Below are positions 10,708 to 17,888 of a stretch of DNA of 51,818 nt, piece by piece. Source of the DNA: Chloroflexota bacterium (GTDB lineage Bacteria; Chloroflexota; Chloroflexia; Thermomicrobiales; CFX8); NCBI GenBank assembly GCA_003577355.1, contig QEUZ01000001.1, positions 1 through 51,818 on the forward strand. The letters are read 5' to 3'. Every line of letters starts with the position of its first letter. Position 1 is the stretch's first letter. Made by a program: the position numbers and the translations under genes. The notes under the pieces are model-generated. The model made no database searches. It worked only from the letters and a program-made list of their open reading frames with translations, and had not been told where the DNA came from.

Positions 10708-11828
10708 TCATTGACTGTGCGGCATGCGATCTGCGGCGCTGCGACGAGGGAGTAGCGCGACGAATGGCAGCGCGAGGAGCCAGACGAGCGGGACGTAGTT
10801 GAAGACGGTGGCGATCCCAAAGGCGTCGGAGAGGACGCCGAACCCGAGGGCGGCGAAGCTCGTGGTGACGAAATGCCAGTGACGAAGAGCAGCGTAAGGA
10901 CCGCGATCGAGCCGTCTTCCAGCAACAGGTAGAGGTAGAGCAGCGGCGGGGCCAGACCGACGGAAAGGCCGAGCACCCATTGCCGGCCGTAGCGGTCCGA
11001 GAGCGTCCCGCCGATCAACCCACCGACAATGCCCGACGCAAAGAGTGTGGACAGCGCGATCCCGCCATACCACACGCTATGGCCCTGCTCGACCAGGAAC
11101 TTCACCAGGAAGTAATGAAAGGGCATCGTGGCGATGCCAGTGACGATCGTGAAGCCGAGGATGCCGGCGATCGGTTTGCGCCGGGCGCGCAGGAGTGGGC
11201 GCAGGTCGAACTTCGGCGCGGAGAGGCGGCGCGCATCGGCGGCGCGGGTGTCGAGTGTGAGGTAGAGGATGACTGACGCGGCGAGCCCGACCACCATCAC
11301 AACGAAGGAACCTTCGAGCGTCAACAGGGCGATAGCGCCGGTGATCAAGAGCGGACCAACGGTGCGTGAAACCTCGCCGCCGGCCATGAAGATCGACATC
11401 GCCCGCCCCATGCGGTTGCCGCCGAACTCGCCGACAAGTGCGACGGCTGGGGCGTGGAAGGTGGCTGATGCCAACCCGGAAACGAAGAGCAGCATCAGCA
11501 CAACGGCAATATTTGGCGCGAGGCCGATTGACGATAGCGAAACGGCGGCAACCCCCGGCGACAGCACGACGAACCAGCGCCGGCTGGTGCGGTCGGCCAG
11601 GTAGCCGATGAACGGCTGAAAGACGCTCGGAAGCTGCTGGGCTGGCACCATCAGGCTTGCGAGGGCCAGCGAGATACCGAGCTTGTCCTGAACCTGCGGC
11701 ACGAGCGGGCCAATGAACGACGGGTAGATATCGTGTGCGCCGTGGGCGAAGGCGGCGACGCGCACGCCCCGCGCGTCGTACTCCCCATCGTTGGCGACGC
11801 GCTGGATACCCGCGTCTGCATCGTTCAT
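10708..11828 (-). pseudogene. MFS transporter, reading frame broken near 10865..10886
   Basis: Track ORF 10677..11828 is MFS-like up to ...IAVLTLLFVTG and then turns into Ser/Pro-rich nonsense. The MFS-like C-terminus (FVTTSFAALGFGVLSDAFGIATVFNYVPLVWLLALPFVALL..) continues in the frame of ORF 10708..11073. Confidence 0.7.
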
Positions 11829-11927
11829 GGCTGGCGCTGCTGAGCTACCGATGGTGCACCTTCCTTCATGTGTGGGCGCTACTGTAGCGCAGAGTGGCGC
11901 CGCGTGTTCCGGCTCCTGCCGCTTGGC

Positions 11928-11943
11928 CTGTACGGACGTACAG
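11928..11943. promoter_or_regulatory. Palindrome CTGTACG-ga-CGTACAG in the divergent MFS/MFS intergenic region
   Basis: 7-bp perfect arms, located between the divergent starts at 11828 and 12049. A second inverted repeat, GGTCAC-N7-GTGACC, lies at 12001..12019. Confidence 0.35.
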
Positions 11944-12048
11944 TCGCGTGGGACGAACGGCCAGCGTGTTCTATTTCGTTCGAGTTCTAGGATTACCGCC
12001 GGTCACGGTCCGCGTGACCCTGAAGCATCTTCAGCGGGAGCCTTGCCG

Positions 12049-13677
12049 ATGTCCGACCGAGTTACCGATGCCAACGCCAAGTGGTTCACACTGGCGGCCG
12101 CCTGCGTGGCGCTCTTTATGGCGATTCTCGATAACCTCGTCGTCAACGTTGCGTTGCCGACAATCAGCCGCGACCTGGAAGCGTCGACGACGCAGCTCCA
12201 GTGGATCGTATCTGCGTACATTCTGGTGTTCGCTTCGCTGCAGATTACTGCCGGTGGGCTGGGCGACCGGCTGGGCCGCAAGCGCTGGTTCATGATCGGC
12301 ACCGTTGTCTTCATCGTCGCGTCGTTATTCGCGACGTTCGCGCGCAATGTCGAGATGCTGATCGCCGCCAGGGCGCTGCAGGGCCTTGGGGCCGCGTTCA
12401 TCATGCCGCTGTCGCTCTCGTTGGTGTCGGCGGCGTTCCCGCCGGAGGAGCGGGGCAAGGCGACCGGCATCTGGTCAGCGATATCGGTGTCTGGGTTGGC
12501 GCTGGGGCCGGTTGTTGGCGGGCTGCTGGTGCAGTATGTCTCCTGGCACTGGATCTTCCTGATCAACGTGCCGATCGGCATTGCCGCGCTGATCGGTACA
12601 TCGAAGTACGTGCGCGAATCGCGCGATACCAGCGGTGAGATGGCGACCGATATCCCCGGCACGCTGCTGATCACCGGCGCGATTGCCGCGCTCACCTGGG
12701 GGCTGATCGAAGCCGGCACTCGTGGTTGGACCGATAACCTGATCCTTGCGTCGTTCGGGCTTGCGGCAGCTCTGACGGCTGCATTCTTGTTCGCCGAATC
12801 GCGCGTCGAAAAGCCGATGGTGCCGTTGCGCTTCTTCCGCTCGCGCACGTTCGTTGGCGCCAACATCGACTCGTTCTCGATCTCGTTCCTGATCGCGGGC
12901 ATCGCCTTCTTCGGCACGCTCTACTTGCAGAATGTGCTCGGCTTCTCGCCGGTGCGGGCGGGCATGGCGCTGATCCCGACGGTGTGCGTGATGATGATCG
13001 GCGCGCCGATCTCCGGCATCCTAATCAACCGGGTCGGCTCGCGGCTGCTGATCTCGCTGGGCATGGTCATCGCTGGCATCGGGACGCTGCTCTACATGCG
13101 CGCCAGCCCAGATGGCCGGTACCTCGACCTGTTGCCGTCGTACCTCGTGACCGGCCTGGGCATGTCGCTGATCTTCGCGCCGATGACAACGGCTGTGCTG
13201 AACAGCGTTGAGTCCAGCCGAGCGGGAGTTGCCTCGGCGGTGAATGGCGCGATCCGTGAGATCGGCAACGCGTTCGGTATCGCCCTGCTCGGGACGCTAA
13301 TGAACCGGGCCTACCAGGCGCACTTCAATGCGGCGCCGCAAGTCCAGCAACTGCGTTCCGACTCCAGCCTTGGCCCGTTGCAGCCGGTCGTCGATATCAT
13401 CGGGTCTGGAATGAGCTTCGGCGGACGAGTCGTGGAGGACGCGGCGGTTTTCCCCGGCTTGGCGCAGTTCCCCGAGGTTGTTGCGACATTGCGGCAGGTC
13501 AGCTCGGAGGCCTTCATGGCCGGCATGGACCGCGCAATCTACGTTGCCACCGGCTGGATCGTCGTCGCTGCCGTCATCTCCTATATGTTGATCAAGGACA
13601 GCGTCGTTTCCGGGCAGGAGCAGGTGCGAACCGAGCGATTCGTGCAGGCCGAAACAGTGGGCATTGCTGACGACTAG
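12049..13677 (+). CDS. MFS transporter, DHA2 (EmrB/QacA-like, 14-TMS) drug:H+ antiporter family
   Basis: Start moved to ATG 12049 (MSDRVTDANAKWFTLAAACVALFMAILDNLVVNVALPTISRDL...) after GGGAG. DHA2 hallmark N-terminus and length. The upstream 86 codons of the track ORF look non-coding. Confidence 0.9.
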   Translation: MSDRVTDANAKWFTLAAACVALFMAILDNLVVNVALPTISRDLEASTTQLQWIVSAYILVFASLQITAGGLGDRLGRKRWFMIGTVVFIVASLFATFARNVEMLIAARALQGLGAAFIMPLSLSLVSAAFPPEERGKATGIWSAISVSGLALGPVVGGLLVQYVSWHWIFLINVPIGIAALIGTSKYVRESRDTSGEMATDIPGTLLITGAIAALTWGLIEAGTRGWTDNLILASFGLAAALTAAFLFAESRVEKPMVPLRFFRSRTFVGANIDSFSISFLIAGIAFFGTLYLQNVLGFSPVRAGMALIPTVCVMMIGAPISGILINRVGSRLLISLGMVIAGIGTLLYMRASPDGRYLDLLPSYLVTGLGMSLIFAPMTTAVLNSVESSRAGVASAVNGAIREIGNAFGIALLGTLMNRAYQAHFNAAPQVQQLRSDSSLGPLQPVVDIIGSGMSFGGRVVEDAAVFPGLAQFPEVVATLRQVSSEAFMAGMDRAIYVATGWIVVAAVISYMLIKDSVVSGQEQVRTERFVQAETVGIADD

Positions 13678-13812
13678 TGGAGTGACGAGTGACCAGTGGT
13701 TCGATCGACTGTGTCCGTCGCACTCCGTGATGTGGCAAGCACTCTTTCCTGACGAAGCGAGCCACCCTGACCCGACGATGGTCGGTGGTTGGAACACGAG
13801 CATCAGGTATGC
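13677..13812. repeat. Intergenic repeat element, copy A
   Basis: gtggagtgacgagtgaccagtggttcgatcgactgtgtcc...ctgacgaagcgagccaccctgacccgacgatggtcggtggttggaacacgag aligns by eye with 17521..17690 at roughly four positions in five. Starts at the stop codon of the MFS gene. Confidence 0.75.
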
Positions 13813-13864
13813 CCGCGCCCCAGCAGTTGTGCGTTCTCACGTGCAGCCGGGGCGCGCGTTTGCG

Positions 13865-15559
13865 CTATGCGTCCGGGCGAGTGATGGCCCCTTCTGCGGC
13901 GGATGAAACCAGCGCCATGTACTTTGCGAAAACGCCAGAGCGGTAGTGCGGTTCCGGCCGCGTCCAGCCAGCCATGCGTTCGGCGATCTCGGCGTCGCTC
14001 AGCTCGACATCCAGGCGCTTGTTGTCAATGTCGATGACAACCATGTCTCCCTCGCGCAATGCAGCGATCGGCCCACCCACCGCTGCTTCCGGGGCGACGT
14101 GCCCGATGCAGAACCCGCGAGTGCCGCCGGAGAACCGTCCGTCGGTCAGCAACCCGACCGATTCGCCCAGCCCTGCGCCGACCAATGCACCGGTCACGCT
14201 CAACATCTCGCGCATGCCGGGGCCGCCGCGCGGCCCTTCGTAGCGGATGACGATGATGTCGCCGGGGTTGATCTGGCCACCGGTGATGGCGTGCATCGCA
14301 TCCTCTTCGCGGTCGAAGACACGCGCCGGGCCGCGCTGATAGGTGCGGTCGGCAGCGGCGACCTTGATGACGCCCCCTTCCGGGGCCAGGTTGCCTTTTA
14401 GCACGATGAGGCCGCCGGTGGGCTTGATTGGGTCGGCGACGGTGCGAATAACCTGCTGGCCGGGCGTCTCGACCGCCGACGCCACTTCTTCGGCGAGCGT
14501 TCTTCCACTCGGGGTTAGCTGGCTGCCGTCAAGGACGCCGCCTTCGATCATGCGCTTGGCAATGAGCTGAATGCCACCGGCCTTATGGACATCGACGGCG
14601 GTGTATTTGCCACCCGGCATCAGGTCGGCAATCAGTGGCGTGCGGGCGTTAATCGCGTTGAAGTCGTCGATCGTCAGCGGGATACCGGCTTCACGGGCCA
14701 ACGCGAGTGAGTGCAGGATGATGTTGGTCGAGCCGCCGGTGGCGCAGGCGCTGGCAAAGGCGTTCTCAAACGACGCCCGGGTGAGGATGTCGCTTGGCTT
14801 CAACCCGGCGCGTAGTTGCTCCATCACCAGCTTGCCCGCCTCGAAGCCGATCTGTTCCTTGCGCGGGTCAGTGGCTGGCACCGAGGCCATGCCAACTGGC
14901 GCGAGGCCGAGGATTTCAATCGCCGTCGCCATTGTGTTGGCGGTGAACTGCCCGCCACAGGCGCCAGCTCCAGGGCAGGCTGCGTGCTCCAGCTCGTTCA
15001 GCTCGGCGTCGGTCATGCGGCCACGGGCGTTTGCGCCGATGCCCTCGAACACGTCGACGATTGTGACATCGCGCCCGTGGAAACGACCCGGCTGGATCGA
15101 GCCGCCGTAGAGGATGAACCCAGGGATATCCAACCGGATCAACGCCATCGCAGAGCCGGGCAACGTCTTGTCGCAGGCCGCGAGGATGACAATAGCGTCG
15201 AACATGTGGCCACGGCCGACAAGTTCAATCGAATCGGCGATAACCTCGCGGGATACCAGCGAGGCTTTCATCCCTTCGGTGCCCATCGTTACGCCATCGG
15301 AGATGGCGATGGTATTCACTTCCATGGGCGTACCGCCGGCCGCGCGAATGCCTTCCTTCACCGCTTGCGCCAAGCGGCGCAGCCCGTAGTTGCAGGGCAT
15401 CGTCTCGATCCATGAGTGGGCTACGCCGACGATCGGCTTCTGGAGGTCTTCGTTCGTGAAGCCGATAGCGTGGAGCATTGCGCGCGCCGCGGCGCGGTCG
15501 CGGCCGTCGTTCATCACCCGGCTCTTATGCCGCATGTCGAAGTTACTCTTGGTTACCAT
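13865..15559 (-). CDS. ilvD: Dihydroxy-acid dehydratase
   Basis: Full-length IlvD/Edd family sequence (..VGVAHSWIETMPCNYGL.., ..ISDGVTMGTEGMKASLVSREVIADSIE.., ..ACDKTLPG.., ..LLTDGRFSGGTRG..). GGAGAG RBS. Confidence 0.95.
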   Translation of the reverse strand: MVTKSNFDMRHKSRVMNDGRDRAAARAMLHAIGFTNEDLQKPIVGVAHSWIETMPCNYGLRRLAQAVKEGIRAAGGTPMEVNTIAISDGVTMGTEGMKASLVSREVIADSIELVGRGHMFDAIVILAACDKTLPGSAMALIRLDIPGFILYGGSIQPGRFHGRDVTIVDVFEGIGANARGRMTDAELNELEHAACPGAGACGGQFTANTMATAIEILGLAPVGMASVPATDPRKEQIGFEAGKLVMEQLRAGLKPSDILTRASFENAFASACATGGSTNIILHSLALAREAGIPLTIDDFNAINARTPLIADLMPGGKYTAVDVHKAGGIQLIAKRMIEGGVLDGSQLTPSGRTLAEEVASAVETPGQQVIRTVADPIKPTGGLIVLKGNLAPEGGVIKVAAADRTYQRGPARVFDREEDAMHAITGGQINPGDIIVIRYEGPRGGPGMREMLSVTGALVGAGLGESVGLLTDGRFSGGTRGFCIGHVAPEAAVGGPIAALREGDMVVIDIDNKRLDVELSDAEIAERMAGWTRPEPHYRSGVFAKYMALVSSAAEGAITRPDA

Positions 15560-15646
15560 GACCGTTCTCTCCGTTTCCCGCGGTTCATTTCAGTGCAATC
15601 ATGACCCGCGTCAATCGATCCGACAATAGCCGCCGGTCTCGGCGAT

Positions 15647-17407
15647 TCATGTCGCCAGGGGTGCCATGGCGCGTTCGGCAATGCTCGACGCTGCGTCAAG
15701 AGCATCGACAACCCGATTGCGCGCGCGCACAAGTTCGACCCAGCCAGTCGCGAACGCTTCGGAGTCCCGATCGGCGCCTGCCACTGCTGCCCAGGGTGTA
15801 AGGGCTGGAATCACGTTGCGTTGCCAGGCGTGGCCGTAGCGGTCCTGGCCGTATGCGCCGACCACCGTCGAGGCCAGCGGCACCAGCACGCGCGAGGTGG
15901 CGAGCATCGCGGCGTTCAGGTGGGTTGCGCGCTGTTCCTGTTCGCTGCCGGGCGGGAGTTGCCGCGCCAGGTCAGCCGCGGCATCCAAGCGGGTCGCCAG
16001 GCCGGCGTAGGCCCGCGCGCGCTCGACCGCTCCTGCCATGTCGATGTCATCGATCGGTTGCGCTGCGCACTCGTTCAGGCGAGCCAGTAGCGCGGCTGCG
16101 ACGGGCGCCTGCTGGATCGGCAGGACGGGTAAGGTGAGCAGCTCCCAGATCCAGCGGGCGTAGACCCGTAAGCAGAGCTCCAGGCGGTCTGGCGCGACGC
16201 GGTCCAGCGTGTTGTGGATCGAATGGTGATACCAGCCCAGGTTGGCGAGCGCCGTTGCAGCTATTTCCTCGTGGGTAAACGACAGCAGCCCCGCCAGGCA
16301 CGATAGCCCGACGCCGAAGAAGGACGAGTCGCCATTCTTCGATTGCCGGCCCCACCGGAGCGGCATGTTACCCAGTGTCTCACTGGTCACCCGTGTCAGC
16401 CACTCGCGCAGGTCTTCGGTCGAGTGTAGTTGAAAGACGCTCGTTTCGGCGATGCCGGGCTGGTCGATTTGCAGATAGCCGACGCAATCGCGCCGCAGTC
16501 GGTCCCAATGCACGTCGGCGTAGCGCGTGGAGGAGATCATTGTCCCGGTTTCGTGGGCCATCCAGAACCCGGTGTGCAGTCCTCTGCGCAGCTCACCCCG
16601 GCTTGCTGCTCGCTGAAAGACACGCGCCAGCTCCAGGATGCAGGCGCTCCCGGCGGCGTTGTCGGTGGCCTGCGGGCCAAACCAGGAGTCCATATGCCCA
16701 CCGACGAGCAGGAACTCACTCGTCCCGGCATCTATTTCCCCGGAGGTCATCGTGACCGGGCGCCAGCCGTTTTCGGCGCGGGTCGCAAGGTGGACGCGCA
16801 CGGGGCCGGAGGCGCACATGCGTTGCAGGCGCAAACCGTCGCGGCGGGAGATACTGGCCGCTGGCAGTTGGGGCATGTCGCGCTCCAGCGCTTCCGGTGT
16901 CGGGTTGCCCCAGGGGGACTTGATCGAACCGAAGGCGATCGCCTCACACTGCTCGTCACCCCAGTTGGCGGTGATCAACCCACGCGCGCCTGCACGCCAG
17001 GCAATCAGCGCCTTCTCGTGGCGCGCTGGCGCATACGGCAGTTCCGCCAGGACGATCTTGCCGCGCACGTCCTGGCCAGCATAGTCGGCCCAGCCGGCCG
17101 GGCCGAGGTCAATCAGTTCCCCATCGAGCGCCGCTGTTTGGGACTGCGCCAGCGTAAACGCCTCAATGTCGAGAGGCTCAGGCTCAAGAATGCGCAGGAC
17201 GGCCGGTTCGGGAAAGGAGACGAGGCCGGGGAACGTGGTTGTACGGCTGGCCAGGCCCGCAGCACGTTGTTCGGCATCGGCGTATTCCGCCATCCGTCGC
17301 GCGTTCTCCGAACCAGCCAACCGTGACGGGATGTCTGTGGTGATCGTTTCCAGATGCTGCCAGGCGCGGTCGAGCGAAAGAGATTGGAGAATATCCTGGA
17401 ACGGCAT
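15647..17407 (-). CDS. M28 family metallopeptidase
   Basis: ..LLVGGHMDSWFGPQATDNAAGSACILELARVF.. zinc-ligand region of M28 peptidases. AGGAG RBS. Confidence 0.85.
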   Translation of the reverse strand: MPFQDILQSLSLDRAWQHLETITTDIPSRLAGSENARRMAEYADAEQRAAGLASRTTTFPGLVSFPEPAVLRILEPEPLDIEAFTLAQSQTAALDGELIDLGPAGWADYAGQDVRGKIVLAELPYAPARHEKALIAWRAGARGLITANWGDEQCEAIAFGSIKSPWGNPTPEALERDMPQLPAASISRRDGLRLQRMCASGPVRVHLATRAENGWRPVTMTSGEIDAGTSEFLLVGGHMDSWFGPQATDNAAGSACILELARVFQRAASRGELRRGLHTGFWMAHETGTMISSTRYADVHWDRLRRDCVGYLQIDQPGIAETSVFQLHSTEDLREWLTRVTSETLGNMPLRWGRQSKNGDSSFFGVGLSCLAGLLSFTHEEIAATALANLGWYHHSIHNTLDRVAPDRLELCLRVYARWIWELLTLPVLPIQQAPVAAALLARLNECAAQPIDDIDMAGAVERARAYAGLATRLDAAADLARQLPPGSEQEQRATHLNAAMLATSRVLVPLASTVVGAYGQDRYGHAWQRNVIPALTPWAAVAGADRDSEAFATGWVELVRARNRVVDALDAASSIAERAMAPLAT

Positions 17408-17520
17408 TGGCTGTGCTCCTGATTCACCTCACCCCCCTGCCCTTCTCTCGCGAGGAGAACGGGTGTCGCCTGGGAGGATGCGTAGGTGCATGCTACATCA
17501 CGGGTTGTCGGATTCGGCTC

Positions 17521-17690
17521 GTGGAGTGACGAGTGACCAGTGACCAGTAACGAGTGACCAGTGGTTCGGTCAACTGTGTCCAAAGTACCCGCGTGATGTC
17601 GTAAGCGCTCTGTTCTGACGAAGTGAGCCACCCTGACCCGAGAGTGGTTTGTGGTTGGAACACAAGGTTCTCGGGGCATACATGCCGTGG
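17521..17690. repeat. Intergenic repeat element, copy B (with expanded heptad array)
   Basis: Same element as 13677..13812, with six AGTGACS-type heptads (17525..17566) instead of three. Lies in the divergent promoter region between the M28 peptidase and LuxR-family genes. Confidence 0.75.
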
Positions 17691-17813
17691 GCGCGTAACT
17701 CCGTGTCTCGCAACAGAGAAATGCCGTGCGAAGCGGTCGAGCCGTTACGACTACGATGTGTGAATGGTGGATCGTGCCGTTCGTTGGTGGTCGGCAGCGT
17801 AGCTCGTAGTCTG

Positions 17814-17822
17814 TGCTATAGT
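17814..17822 (+). promoter_or_regulatory. Extended -10 element (TGcTATAGT) upstream of the LuxR-family gene
   Basis: ctgTGcTATAGTg, about 65 nt upstream of the ATG at 17889. No good -35, which is consistent with the extended -10 class. Confidence 0.4.
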
Positions 17823-17888
17823 GCGGATTGGTCGTGTGCCGGACGGCGCAGGCGCGTGGCACGCGGCTGGTGATGACGGTTGCGGGTG

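Noticed and set aside
11928-11943. CTGT-N8-ACAG match to the proteobacterial LexA (SOS) box
   Set aside because: Only the tetranucleotide ends match. The AT-rich core of that motif is absent, other phyla use different LexA boxes, and the flanking genes (MFS transporters) are not SOS-type.
11791-12048. N-terminal over-extensions of track ORFs (11791..12048, 21408..21758, 24469..24576, 27538..27711, 36111..36173, 39412..40044, 42387..42530, 49023..49271 and others)
   Set aside because: The extensions are compositionally non-protein-like and overlap upstream genes or promoters. Internal starts have good Shine-Dalgarno sequences and give family-typical N-termini.
12003-12917. 304-aa minus-strand ORF antisense to the DHA2 MFS gene
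   Set aside because: Ser/Ala/Arg/Pro-rich shadow ORF.
13592-13840. ORFs spanning the two repeat copies (13592..13840 and 17113..17862, minus strand) that give similar peptides (..VPTTDHRRVRVARFVRKE.. / ..VPTTNHSRVRVAHFVRTE..)
   Set aside because: The peptide similarity simply reflects nucleotide similarity. Substitutions are not biased to third codon positions, there is no RBS, and the plus-strand frames that are open in copy A are interrupted by stops in copy B. The element is treated as a non-coding repeat.
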